This document shows, piece by piece, positions 1 to 9,821 of a stretch of DNA of 64,000 nucleotides. Under the pieces are notes generated by a model. The model had not been told where the DNA came from. It saw nothing but the letters and a program-made list of their open reading frames with translations, and did no database searches. The DNA comes from an uncultured Gemmatimonadota bacterium (lineage in GTDB: Bacteria; Blakebacterota; Blakebacteria; Blakebacterales; Blakebacteraceae). Position 1 is the first letter of the stretch; each line of letters opens with the position of its first letter. The position numbers were made by a program, and so were the translations under genes. The stretch spans positions 1 to 64,000 of the forward strand of contig CAZNUA010000014.1 in NCBI GenBank assembly GCA_964576115.1. The letters are read 5' to 3'.

Positions 1-290
1 TCCCATTCCTGCATCGCCTTCTCGAGCTGCCGCTGCCCGGCACCGGTGATGCTGTAGTAGCGCGCCCGGCGGTTGTTCTCGCTTCTGCGCCACTCGGCCG
101 TGAGCCAGCCCTTGCGGATCAGGCGCTGCAGGGCCGGGTAGAGCGAGCCCTGATTGACCTGGAAGACCCCGTCGGTAATCTGCTCCAGACGCACCGAGAG
201 GCCCCAGCCGTGCAGGCTCTCCAGGGCCAGGATGCGCAGCACCAGCATGTCGAGCGTTCCCAGCAGCAGGTCCGATTTCTTCTCTGCCAT
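1..290 (-). CDS. PadR-family transcriptional regulator (Acidobacteria-type), 3' end outside window
   Basis: Not in the ORF track. Manual translation from ATG at 290: MAEKKSDLLLGTLDMLVLRILALESLHGWGLSVRLEQITDGVFQVNQGSLYPALQRLIRKGWLTAEWRRSENNRRARYYSIT; GSLYPAL and RRARYY are PadR hallmarks. GGAGG RBS upstream. Confidence 0.93.
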   Translation of the reverse strand, partial: MAEKKSDLLLGTLDMLVLRILALESLHGWGLSVRLEQITDGVFQVNQGSLYPALQRLIRKGWLTAEWRRSENNRRARYYSITGAGQRQLEKAMQEW

Positions 291-307
291 GGTCGGCCTC
301 CTTCAGA

Positions 308-326
308 CCTATAGACGGACTAAAGG
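308..326. promoter_or_regulatory. Imperfect palindrome CCTATAG-N5-CTAAAGG, candidate PadR autoregulatory operator
   Basis: Inverted repeat (6/7 match) 18 bp upstream of the padR start, in a divergent intergenic region; function inferred. Confidence 0.45.
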
Positions 327-455
327 ACGTCGAGGTTTCGCTAAACTGCATTCACGTATCGAACGTCCGAAAAATACATCAACGCCTATACAGCCCAGGG
401 CAATTCGTTATAATCATATCGTCTGACGACTCGTCACAAACTGTTCGAGGTCGCC

Positions 456-1422
456 ATGCCCGTGATCAGATCATTCCTGCTGTTTATCGCAACCTTCACC
501 CTTCTGGCCGCCTGTACGTCCTCCCGCACTCCCGATGAAGGAACGGCGGGGCACTCCTTCTCATCCTTTGTCGAGGACGGAGTGCCGGTCGCGGTTACTT
601 CCGACGTCCCGAAGTATCCCGGTGAGCTCTTCGCATTCGAAGAAGAGGTCCGGCTCCACCAGGATGAAGCAAATCCGGAGTCGCTGCTGAACCGGGCCTT
701 CACATTTGTCCGTGGTGACGACGGTCGCTACTACGTCCCCGACATGGGCGACTGCCGGATCGTCGTCTTCGATGAGACCGGGGAATACGTTCAGTCGATC
801 GGGCGCAAGGGCGAGGGGCCGGGCGAGTTCCGAAGCCTGATCCAGATCACTGTCAGAAATGGCCTGATCATGGCCTACGATCACCAGTTGAACCGCAGTG
901 CGGTCTTTGCGACCGACGGGGAATTCCTGGAACAGCACCGTCTGCCGGTGACGAACTCGCCCGATATTTTTCACATCGTCCAGGGCATCTTCCCCCTGGC
1001 CGGAGACTGCCTGCTGATCTACGGCACCGAATATGACATGAGCGACCGCGAGAACCAGCCGATGTGCGATCACATCACCGTGCTCTCAGCCGCCGGCGAC
1101 ACCCTGAGCCGGATGCAGGGAGAGTGGTGGAGTCTCGGCAAACAGGTCAGGGTTGGCACCCGGGGGTCAGCAGCCACCCACTATTACGGGCCGCGCTCGT
1201 CCCTGCAGTACTATGAGGATTCCGGGATCTTCGCTTACAACACTGCCGAGCCGGAGATGAAGTGGTATGACCTGGAGGGCAACCTGCAGCGGATCATCCG
1301 TATGGACACCGAACCGGAGCCGGTTTCCGACGCCGAGCGCCGGGGGATCGAACGACTGCTCCAACAGCAGGTTGAAGAAAGCGATGACGAATGGCGGGCA
1401 GTCAGGGAAGAGGCTCGCCGGC
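456..1422 (+). CDS. 6-bladed beta-propeller lipoprotein, C-terminus lost in assembly gap
   Basis: Lipobox LLAAC; IGRKGEGPGEF motif shared with three paralogs in the window; runs into Ns at 1423. Confidence 0.8.
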
Positions 1423-1522
1423 NNNNNNNNNNNNNNNNNNNNNNNNNNNNNNNNNNNNNNNNNNNNNNNNNNNNNNNNNNNNNNNNNNNNNNNNNNNNNN
1501 NNNNNNNNNNNNNNNNNNNNNN
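1423..1522. other. Assembly gap (100 N)
   Basis: Run of exactly 100 N. Confidence 0.99.
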
Positions 1523-1539
1523 CGCCGGCCGCGTGACCT

Positions 1540-2253
1540 CTACCGGACGGCCGCGTAGCGCCGGGCGACGTCTTCCCAGTCGACGACCTCCCACCAGGCG
1601 GCGATGTAGTCGGTTCGCCGGTTCCGGTACTGCAGGTAATAGGCGTGTTCCCAGACATCGAGCACCAGCAGGGGGATGGCGCCCCACACCGTCAGGTTCT
1701 GGTGTTTCTCGGCCTCGAGCACGAGCAGGCGTTCGGCCATCGGATGCCAGGCCAGGATCCCCCAGCCGCTACCCTCCACCTGGGCAGTTGCGGCCGAGAA
1801 ATGGGCCCGGAAGGCATCACCTCTCCCGAAATCGCGCGCCAGGGCCCGGGCGAGTTCTCCGGCGGGCGAACCGCCCCCATCCGGACTCATGTTCTCCCAG
1901 AACACGCTGTGCAGGAAGTGCCCGGAACCGTGGAAGGCCAGCGCCCGGCTCAGGTCCTTCGTTCCGGCAAAGTCTCCCTGTCCGCGCCGGCCGGCCAGGC
2001 CGCTCAGGGCGGCATTGAGCCCCCGTACGTACCCGGCATGATGCAGATCGTGGTGCAGATGCATGGTCTCGGCGTCAATGGCGGGTTCCAGGGCGTTGTA
2101 GGCATAGGGCAGCGGGGGCAGTTCATACTCGTTGCCGGCGGCTTGCAGACCGGCGGTCAGGTCGCGCAGGGGGCGGAAATCGAAACCGGCTGTGAGGGCG
2201 GCTCCACCGAAAAGGGCGGGAGCACTCTCCATGAAGGCTCGTCGGGTCGGCAT
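1540..2253 (-). CDS. Fe/Mn superoxide dismutase with twin-arginine (Tat) signal peptide
   Basis: LPPLPYAYNALEP, HHDLHH, HFLHSVFW, DVWEHAYY motifs; N-terminus MPTRRAFM followed by a hydrophobic stretch. ATG at 2253 chosen. Confidence 0.93.
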   Translation of the reverse strand: MPTRRAFMESAPALFGGAALTAGFDFRPLRDLTAGLQAAGNEYELPPLPYAYNALEPAIDAETMHLHHDLHHAGYVRGLNAALSGLAGRRGQGDFAGTKDLSRALAFHGSGHFLHSVFWENMSPDGGGSPAGELARALARDFGRGDAFRAHFSAATAQVEGSGWGILAWHPMAERLLVLEAEKHQNLTVWGAIPLLVLDVWEHAYYLQYRNRRTDYIAAWWEVVDWEDVARRYAAVR

Positions 2254-2330
2254 GGGTGGGCCTCGCAGAGTTTGAGTTCGATCTGCAAAAATATGAGAAT
2301 ACTTCTCATTAGTATACGCCCATCGTTCCT

Positions 2331-2380
2331 CGCCATCGAACTCCAATCCATCCGTCGCCATCGAACTCCAATCCATCCGT
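2331..2380. repeat. Perfect 25-bp tandem duplication CGCCATCGAACTCCAATCCATCCGT x2
   Basis: Copies at 2331-2355 and 2356-2380 in the sod/PPTase divergent intergenic region. Confidence 0.9.
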
Positions 2381-2480
2381 CAGGTCATTTCAGCAAGCAA
2401 TCGATATCGAACCCTTCAGTTGCAACCTGATGGTTTATCTGCGGGTATGTAGAGATACGGAAGGAAGAGGTCGAATACGG

Positions 2481-3191
2481 ATGATCGAAGTGTACGCCCT
2501 GAAGATCCCCACCCTGCTCGAGGACATTCTCGTGGATCGGCTCATGCGGGCTGTCAGTCCGGAACAACGGGAACGCCTGGGCAGGATGCACTCCCGGGAC
2601 GAAGTCCGGCGGTCGGTCCTGGCCGAACTCCTGTTGCGGGCTCTTGTGGCTGAGCGTCGGGGTGATGGCGGGTCTGTCTTCGCTATCGAGCGGGGAGACT
2701 ACGGCAAACCGTATCTACGCCACATGCCCGGACTGCAATTCGCCCTCTCGCACGCCGGCCGTTGGGTGGTGTGCGCTCTTGACAATCACCCGGTTGGAGT
2801 GGATGTGGAAGAAAAACGCCCTCTGGCTGACGGCTACCCCGAGAACTTCTTCTCACCCCAGGAACGGAGCGAGCTGAACCGCCTTGCGGGAATTCAGCAG
2901 CGGGACCGTTTCTTTGCGATGTGGACCCTCAAAGAAAGCGCCGGCAAGGCGACCGGAAAAGGACTGTCTTCGGCGCTGGTTTCCTGGACTCTCCGGTACC
3001 TGCCTGGCGGATCTATCAGGCTCGAGGAAAACGGTCTCCTGATTCCACACATGTTCCTGCGCACCTATGATCTGGAAGCCAGCTACAGCCTGGCTGTCTG
3101 TGGTGCCCACCCGCACTTCGCCCCGGCAGTGCGTCTGGTTCCGGCGGTTGACATCATCACCCGCTTTGTGGGCGGCATGCGGCATGCCTGA
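2481..3191 (+). CDS. Sfp-type 4'-phosphopantetheinyl transferase
   Basis: YGKPYL, FALSHAG, VGVDVE, WTLKESAGKATGKGL motifs; directly upstream of and overlapping the PKS start. Confidence 0.92.
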   Translation: MIEVYALKIPTLLEDILVDRLMRAVSPEQRERLGRMHSRDEVRRSVLAELLLRALVAERRGDGGSVFAIERGDYGKPYLRHMPGLQFALSHAGRWVVCALDNHPVGVDVEEKRPLADGYPENFFSPQERSELNRLAGIQQRDRFFAMWTLKESAGKATGKGLSSALVSWTLRYLPGGSIRLEENGLLIPHMFLRTYDLEASYSLAVCGAHPHFAPAVRLVPAVDIITRFVGGMRHA

Positions 3192-6100
3192 CCGGCAAGA
3201 CGGACACAGGGCAGGCGACTCCGGCGCCATCGCCGTCATTGGTCTGGCGGGACGTTTTCCCGGGGCTGCTTCGATCGACACCTTCTGGGACAACCTCGTG
3301 GCCGGCCGGGAAACGATTACCTCTTTCTCGCACCGGGAACTGAAGCGGGCGGGTGAGCACCCCGCCCTGCTGCGCGACCCCGCCTATGTCCGTGCCAAGG
3401 GTGTCGTCGAGGACATCGATTCCTTCGACGCTGCCTTCTTCGGCTATACCCCCCGTGAAGCCGAGAAGATGGATCCACAGTTGCGGCTTCTGCACGAATG
3501 CTGTTGGGAAGCGCTCGAAAACGCCGGGTACACGCCGGCGGCCGAGAAGGGGCGGATCGGTCTGTATGTCGGAGCCAATGAGAACCAGGAATGGCTGCGC
3601 CGGGTGCGGCTGCGCGAGAACGATACCTCCGACGAGTGGGATGGCTTCCTGTACTCGTACCGGGATTATGTCTCGACCCGGATCTCCTGGGCTCTCGACC
3701 TCAAGGGACCGGCATTCACCATGCTCTCGGCCTGTTCGACCTCGCTGGTGAGTATCCATCTGGCCTGTCAGGCCCTGCGGGGCGGCGAGTGCGGCCTGGC
3801 GCTGGCCGGCGGGGTCTCGCTCTCCCTGCCGCAGATGCGCGGGTATCTCTACCAGGACGGCCTGATGGTGTCCCGTTCGGGCCACTGCCGCACCTTCGAT
3901 GAACGGGCCGACGGCACCGTTTTCGGTGAAGGGGTCGGAATCGTCGTTCTCAAACCGCTCGAGCGTGCCAAAGCGGATCGCGACTGCATTCGCGCCGTGA
4001 TCAGGGGCTCGGCCGTTACCAACGACGGCAGCAGCAAGGAGGGTTTCGTCGCGCCCGGCATTGAGGGGCAGGTCGCCAGTATCCGTTCGGCGCTGGAACG
4101 GGCCGGCATCGAAGCCGATGATATCGGCTACGTGGAAGCCCACGGTACGGCCGCCCCGCTCGGCGACGCCGTCGAAATGCAGGCCCTGGCCCGGGCCTTC
4201 GCCGACCGGCGCAACGGCCGCTGCCGGGTGGGCTCGGTCAAAACCAATATCGGACACGTGAACGTGGCGGCCGGCGTGGCCGCCTTCATCAAGACGGTCC
4301 TGACGCTGGAGAACCGCCTCATCCCGCCGAACCTGCACTACCGGCGACCCAATCCCGATATGATCGCCACCAACGGCCGGTTCGAGATCCCGACCGAAGC
4401 CGTGGCGTGGAACTCCAACGGCTCTCCCCGGCGGGCGGGGGTGAGCGCCTTCGGGTTCGGCGGCACCAATGCCCATATGATTCTCGAAGAGGCCCCGCGT
4501 CGGCGCCGGGCACCGAAGACCCGGACCCACCAGCTTCTGGTTCTCTCGGCCCGCTCCACCCCGGCCGTACAGGAAGCCGCGACCCGTCTGGCAGCCCACC
4601 TCGAGGCCCACCCCGACACCCCTCTCGCCGATGCCGCCTGGACTCTGAGTGCCGGCCGACGCGCTTTCGCTTTCCGACGCACCGTCGTCGCCGACGATCA
4701 CACGGGAGCGATCGCAGCTCTGAACGAACCGGGAACCGTCATCGAAGCAGACGAAGCACAGCGGGCGGTCGCTTTCCTCTTCCCCGGCCAGGGGGCGCAG
4801 TATGTCGGGATGGGAGCGGATCTGTACCGCAACGAACCGACCTACCGCCGACACTTCGATCGCTGCTGTGAGATCGTCCGGGATTGTTCGGGCCGGGATC
4901 TTCGCCCGGTCCTCTTCCCCGAACCGGGCGAGCAGGAAGCGCCCGCCGCCCGGCTGGCGCAAACCGACCTGGCCCAACCGGCCATCTTCGCGGTCTCGTG
5001 GGCGCTCGCAAAACTCTGGGCCGAATGGGGCGTGCAGCCCACGGCCCTGATCGGTCACAGCATCGGAGAACTCACCGCCGCCACCCTGGCGGGCGTTTTC
5101 ACGTTGACCGACGCGCTGACGATCGTCGCCCGGCGCGGCGAACTGATGGGCCGGCTTCCCCCCGGCGCCATGCTGGCCGTTCCCCTGAGCGAGGCGGAGG
5201 TCCAGCCCCTGCTCGACGGCCCAATCGCCCTGGCGGCCGTGAACGGGCCAGCTCTCTGCGTTCTTTCAGGGCCGGTTCACGCCCTCGAGGAAACCAGGCG
5301 GCAATTGCGCGAACGCGGCGTGGCAAGCCGCTTCCTGGAAACGTCCCATGCGTTCCACTCGCCGATGATGGATCCGATCCTGGAGGATTTCACCGCCCTG
5401 ATCGCTTCGGTCAGACGCCGGGCTCCCCGGCTGCCCGTTCGCTCCACGGTCACTGGCCGGTGGGCTCGACCCGACGAACTCACCGATCCGGCTTACTGGG
5501 CGCAAAACCTGCGCTCGACAGTCCGTTTCGCCGACGCCCTGACCGGGTTGATGCGGGAATCGGACGCCGCCCTGCTCGAGATCGGGCCCGGACGCACGCT
5601 GACCAATCTGGCGAAAATGCAGCCCGACACCGGACCCGGCCGTCCGGCTCTGGCGTCACTGCCCGGGGCCTGCGAGAACCGCGATGACACTGCCTTTATC
5701 CTCGCCACCCTCGGGCAGCTCTGGCAGGCAGGAGCCGGCATCGACTTCACCGGTTTCTACCGGGGCCAGCGCCGGAGCCGCGTGCCTCTGCCTGCCTATC
5801 CCTTCGAGCGCCGCCGTTTCTGGCTTGGAGCCGAAAAACCCCGCGAGAATGCCCTGCGACGTCTCGGCACCCTGCCGAAGATTCCCGAGATGGCCGACTG
5901 GTTCTCGGTCCCGACCTGGGTTCGCACCCCGGCGCTGCCCGCACCGGCTTCGACCGGAACGGGAACCTGGCTGTTGCTGGCCGATTCGACGGGTGTGGCC
6001 GACCGTCTCGCGACGACCTTACGGACCGGACGACGCAGTGTGGTTCTCGTCGAGGCAGGATCGGGCTTCGAACGGATCGACGAGCGCCATTTCATCATCG

Positions 6101-7782
6101 CCCCCGGCAACCGCGAAGATTATGCCCGTCTCTTCGACGAGTTGGCCGCAAGCAACCGGCTGCCCCGCCGGATCCTCCATCTCTGGAGCCTGGAGGGTGA
6201 GGTCCCCTCCCCGACCGATCCTCCGGTAACGTCTGTCGGACGCACCGATGACTCAAAGGCGGATGACGAGCGGGTCGACGCCGGGCTGGCGCGGGGATTC
6301 CTGAGCCTGCTCTTTCTGGCGCAGATGATCGAACGCGGGAACATCGCCGACGAGGTGAACCTGCTGCTGGTGACCGACGGCCTGCACGAGGTGACCGGCA
6401 CCGAGGTCCTGAAGCCCGTTACAGCCACAGCTCTGGGTCTGGTGAAGGTCATCCCCCAGGAGTACCCCAACATCCACTGCCGCAATCTCGATCTCGCCCC
6501 CGAGCTGGTATCCCGCGGCGGCGACGACCTCACCGGGCTGCTGCTGGCCGAAAGTCTGGGCGCCGTCGTCGACCGCGTTACCGCCCAACGGGGCGAGCAC
6601 CGCTGGGTGCAGAGCTACGAGGCTCTGCCGCTGGACCGTTCGTGGCAGAAACGCACCTTCCTGCGCTCCGAAGGAACCTATCTGATAACCGGAGGGCTCG
6701 GCGGGATCGGACTGGTGCTGGCCGAGAGCCTGGCCCGGGCGGCTCGCGCCCGGCTGGTGCTGACCACCCGGTCGGCCTTCCCGCCGAAGAACCGTTGGGC
6801 CGAATGGCTCGACACCCATGCCGAAGACAATCCGGTCAGTCGCCGGATCGCGGTCCTCGAGTCGATCGAAGAAAAGGGGGGCGATGTACTGATCGTCAGG
6901 GCCGATGTGGCCGACGCTGCGGCCATGCGCCACGCCGTCGCCCGGGCCGAGAAGCGGTTCGGCCCGATCACGGGCGTCATCCACGCCGCCGGCATACCGG
7001 GCGAGGGGATCCTCCAGCTCAAGGAAGCCGAAACGGCCCTGGCGGTACTGCGACCGAAGGTTCACGGCACTCTCGTTCTGGCTGAACTCTTCGCCGGATA
7101 CGAGCTCGATTTCTTCGTGCTCTGTTCCTCGATAGCGGCCGTGCTGGGGGGGATCGGTCTGGGCGATTACGCTTCGGCCAATAATTTTCTGGACACCTTC
7201 GCCGCCGCCCGCCGTCACTCCCCCGGCCTGACCGTCTCGGTGAACTGGGATATGTGGGGGGAAACCGGCATGGGGCTCACGACCGAAATCCCCGACGAAC
7301 TGCGTGACTGGTTCCGAACCGAACTGACCAACGGCCTGACATCGCGTGAAGGCGTGTCGGCTCTGCAGCGCATCCTCACCCGCGGCCTGAACGGCAATGT
7401 CGTCGTTGCCACCCGCGATCTGCAGGAACGTCTCGACATCTGGATCCGCCGCACTTTCATGGAGGAAAAGGAATCACTGCTCACAGAGCAGGCCGAGCAG
7501 GTCACCTACACCCGACCGAACCTCTCCACCTCCTACGACGCTCCGCAGACACCGATCGAGAACTCGATCGCCACCATCTGGGGACAGCTCTTCGGGATCG
7601 ACCGGGTGGGCCGTCACGACAACTTCTACGAACTGGGTGGCCACAGCCTGCTGGCGACGACGATGCTGAACCGGTTGCGCCAGGATTTCGATGTGAGCAT
7701 CTCGATCCGGAATGTCCTCGATCATCCGACCGTCGTCGAGCTGGCCGACCTGATCGCCGTGGACACCGACGGCGGAGAGTGA
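3184..7782 (+). CDS. Single-module type I polyketide synthase KS-AT-KR-carrier protein
   Basis: KS: SACSTSL, EAHGT, KTNIGH. AT: GHSIGE and HAFHS (malonyl-type). KR: GGLGGIG, HAAG, YASAN. C-terminal carrier LGGHSLLA. No DH, ER or TE recognised. ATG at 3184 overlaps the PPTase stop. Confidence 0.93.
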   Translation: MPDRQDGHRAGDSGAIAVIGLAGRFPGAASIDTFWDNLVAGRETITSFSHRELKRAGEHPALLRDPAYVRAKGVVEDIDSFDAAFFGYTPREAEKMDPQLRLLHECCWEALENAGYTPAAEKGRIGLYVGANENQEWLRRVRLRENDTSDEWDGFLYSYRDYVSTRISWALDLKGPAFTMLSACSTSLVSIHLACQALRGGECGLALAGGVSLSLPQMRGYLYQDGLMVSRSGHCRTFDERADGTVFGEGVGIVVLKPLERAKADRDCIRAVIRGSAVTNDGSSKEGFVAPGIEGQVASIRSALERAGIEADDIGYVEAHGTAAPLGDAVEMQALARAFADRRNGRCRVGSVKTNIGHVNVAAGVAAFIKTVLTLENRLIPPNLHYRRPNPDMIATNGRFEIPTEAVAWNSNGSPRRAGVSAFGFGGTNAHMILEEAPRRRRAPKTRTHQLLVLSARSTPAVQEAATRLAAHLEAHPDTPLADAAWTLSAGRRAFAFRRTVVADDHTGAIAALNEPGTVIEADEAQRAVAFLFPGQGAQYVGMGADLYRNEPTYRRHFDRCCEIVRDCSGRDLRPVLFPEPGEQEAPAARLAQTDLAQPAIFAVSWALAKLWAEWGVQPTALIGHSIGELTAATLAGVFTLTDALTIVARRGELMGRLPPGAMLAVPLSEAEVQPLLDGPIALAAVNGPALCVLSGPVHALEETRRQLRERGVASRFLETSHAFHSPMMDPILEDFTALIASVRRRAPRLPVRSTVTGRWARPDELTDPAYWAQNLRSTVRFADALTGLMRESDAALLEIGPGRTLTNLAKMQPDTGPGRPALASLPGACENRDDTAFILATLGQLWQAGAGIDFTGFYRGQRRSRVPLPAYPFERRRFWLGAEKPRENALRRLGTLPKIPEMADWFSVPTWVRTPALPAPASTGTGTWLLLADSTGVADRLATTLRTGRRSVVLVEAGSGFERIDERHFIIAPGNREDYARLFDELAASNRLPRRILHLWSLEGEVPSPTDPPVTSVGRTDDSKADDERVDAGLARGFLSLLFLAQMIERGNIADEVNLLLVTDGLHEVTGTEVLKPVTATALGLVKVIPQEYPNIHCRNLDLAPELVSRGGDDLTGLLLAESLGAVVDRVTAQRGEHRWVQSYEALPLDRSWQKRTFLRSEGTYLITGGLGGIGLVLAESLARAARARLVLTTRSAFPPKNRWAEWLDTHAEDNPVSRRIAVLESIEEKGGDVLIVRADVADAAAMRHAVARAEKRFGPITGVIHAAGIPGEGILQLKEAETALAVLRPKVHGTLVLAELFAGYELDFFVLCSSIAAVLGGIGLGDYASANNFLDTFAAARRHSPGLTVSVNWDMWGETGMGLTTEIPDELRDWFRTELTNGLTSREGVSALQRILTRGLNGNVVVATRDLQERLDIWIRRTFMEEKESLLTEQAEQVTYTRPNLSTSYDAPQTPIENSIATIWGQLFGIDRVGRHDNFYELGGHSLLATTMLNRLRQDFDVSISIRNVLDHPTVVELADLIAVDTDGGE

Positions 7783-7786
7783 ACTG

Positions 7787-8767
7787 ATGAGCGTCGATCC
7801 ATGGTCGGTGGCGGTCGCTTTCGGGGGCGGCGTGCTCGGAGCCGCACTGGGGGCCCTGCCGGCCTTCGTCCTCTGCGGCGCGGCAGTTGTGGCCGGTTCG
7901 ATCGTCATGGCCGTCACCGGCGATCCGATGTGGCTGAACACCCTCGCCTGGGGGCCGCTGCTCGGCCCGCACGTGGCTTTCGCCGGCGGTGCCGCAGCAG
8001 CAGCGTACGCCGGCCGACGCCACGACGCCTTCAGCGGACGCGACGTCCTCACTCCCCTGCTCGGCCTCAATGACGTCCGCGTTCTCACCGTCGGCGGACT
8101 CTTCGGCCTCGGCGGCCACCTGCTCTTCCTGCTGCTCTGGCTCATCCCCGATCCGGGGGGCCTCGAGATTCTCAACCGCATGGCGCTGGTGGTGGTGCTG
8201 AGCTCAATCGCCGCCCGGTTGCTCTTCGGGACGACCGGCCTGTTCGGACAACCCGCCTCCGGCCGGCGCTGGGATCCGCAGGACCAGGCGGCCCACCTGC
8301 CCTGGCACGCCCGTCCCGGAATCGTGCTTCTGCTCGGGCTGGGAACCGGCACGGCAGCCGCCTGGTTGGCAATAGTACTGCCCGCAGTCCGCTTCCTTTC
8401 TTTCGGGATCGCCGCCCTGGCCCTTTTTCCCCTTCTCTTCGGCCGGAAGGCTCCGGTTCTGCTGCATATCGTCCTGGCCGCCGAACTGGCCACCCTGGCC
8501 AGTGGCAGTATTATCTGGGGAGTGGCGGCGGGCGTGCTGGCGGCCTGGCTGGGCGAGCTGGCCGCCTGTCTGCTGCTCATTCACGGTGACACCCATATCG
8601 ACCCCCCGGCGACGGCACTGCTCATCAGCTGGGCCGTCAATGCACTATTCACCTCAACCGGGTTCTATACGGCGGGTACCGCCGCGGCCGCAGCCGCGAC
8701 GGCGATTTTCGCCTTCGGGGGGTACGCTCTCCTGACAGCACTCGGACGCCGGGACCAACGAGAGTAA
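7787..8767 (+). CDS. Polytopic integral membrane protein of unknown function (possible permease)
   Basis: Many Gly/Ala-rich hydrophobic helices; motifs GPHVAFAGG and DTHIDPPA; starts 4 bp after the PKS stop. Confidence 0.75.
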   Translation: MSVDPWSVAVAFGGGVLGAALGALPAFVLCGAAVVAGSIVMAVTGDPMWLNTLAWGPLLGPHVAFAGGAAAAAYAGRRHDAFSGRDVLTPLLGLNDVRVLTVGGLFGLGGHLLFLLLWLIPDPGGLEILNRMALVVVLSSIAARLLFGTTGLFGQPASGRRWDPQDQAAHLPWHARPGIVLLLGLGTGTAAAWLAIVLPAVRFLSFGIAALALFPLLFGRKAPVLLHIVLAAELATLASGSIIWGVAAGVLAAWLGELAACLLLIHGDTHIDPPATALLISWAVNALFTSTGFYTAGTAAAAAATAIFAFGGYALLTALGRRDQRE

Positions 8768-8776
8768 ACGACGTAA

Positions 8777-9640
8777 CTATCCCGCCGCAGGATTCGGTAC
8801 CCAGAGCACGTTGATGATCTTCCACTCCCCGTCGATACGGGCGCACTGCAGGTAGTCGATGTACTGACTCGAGTACACCTTCACGGTGGCCATATCGTAG
8901 GCCACATCATAAACCGTGACCTCGATGTCCCACTCATCGGGCGGCAGTGTCCCCAGACCGATCTCGGTGCCGACGACCAGGTCCCGGGCTCCCATCGGAC
9001 CGAGAAAATAACGGCCGGTCTGCGGCAGACGGTAGAGCACCACTTTGGTCAGCTCGGGATAAAGCGCCCGTTCCATGCGCTCGGCCGAACCGCTGAAGGA
9101 ACCCTCGATGTAGTCGAGGGCGCACTGTTCGATCGCGGCTTCATCCGCGGGCGTCCCGCGGTATTCGAGCGAGGAATCGCGCGCGGCCGCATGAGGTGCC
9201 CAGAGCACGTTCACGATCTGCCACTCATCTTCGATCTTCGCCAGCTGGAGGTAATCGTAGTAGGCCACGGAAGTTACCGCCGCCACCGCCAGGTCGTGGC
9301 CGATGTCGAAAACCCGGACCTCGATGTTGCGCTCTTCGGGCGGGATCTGCGTGACACCGGCCCGAACCAGTTCGACCAGGTAGGTGAAACCGCTCTTGCG
9401 CAGGTACTGCCCGCCCCCGTCGGAGTACCGCCTGACCGTCACCTTGGTCAGTTCCACATGCACTCCGCGGGCCACCCGGTCGACATCCGAGGAGAGGGCT
9501 CCCTCCATATAGTCCATGGCGGCCTGGATAACCGCCTGCTTGTCGGCTTCGGGCAGGGTATCCTGTTGGGCCCGGGCGGTACCGGCAACCGTAACGACGG
9601 TGCCGAGAACGACAGCCATCAGGAAACACGTCTTCTGCAT
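8777..9640 (-). CDS. Secreted protein with two tandem NTF2-like (putative lumazine-binding-type) domains
   Basis: Signal peptide; internal duplication (A.DY.EG ... DYLQ.A.I..EW.I.NVLW twice). Confidence 0.75.
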   Translation of the reverse strand: MQKTCFLMAVVLGTVVTVAGTARAQQDTLPEADKQAVIQAAMDYMEGALSSDVDRVARGVHVELTKVTVRRYSDGGGQYLRKSGFTYLVELVRAGVTQIPPEERNIEVRVFDIGHDLAVAAVTSVAYYDYLQLAKIEDEWQIVNVLWAPHAAARDSSLEYRGTPADEAAIEQCALDYIEGSFSGSAERMERALYPELTKVVLYRLPQTGRYFLGPMGARDLVVGTEIGLGTLPPDEWDIEVTVYDVAYDMATVKVYSSQYIDYLQCARIDGEWKIINVLWVPNPAAG

Positions 9641-9821
9641 TACAGCTCTCCTTGAAACTCTTACAGGGCCTGAGATCGACCGGGATACTCACTTCTATCC
9701 CGGTCCCGATTGCACGTAGTCCGTTTCCTCATAATACGTACTCCCCGCGGGCAGGTTGTTGGGAAGAAAGTACCCATTCCGGCCGCTGAATCCCGGCTGC
9801 TCTTTTTCCAGCCCTTTTGAG

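Noticed and set aside
456-2018. 520-aa ORF as listed in the track
   Set aside because: Read-through across Ns into the antisense of sod.
2331-2380. CRISPR array
   Set aside because: Two adjacent copies, no spacers, no cas genes.
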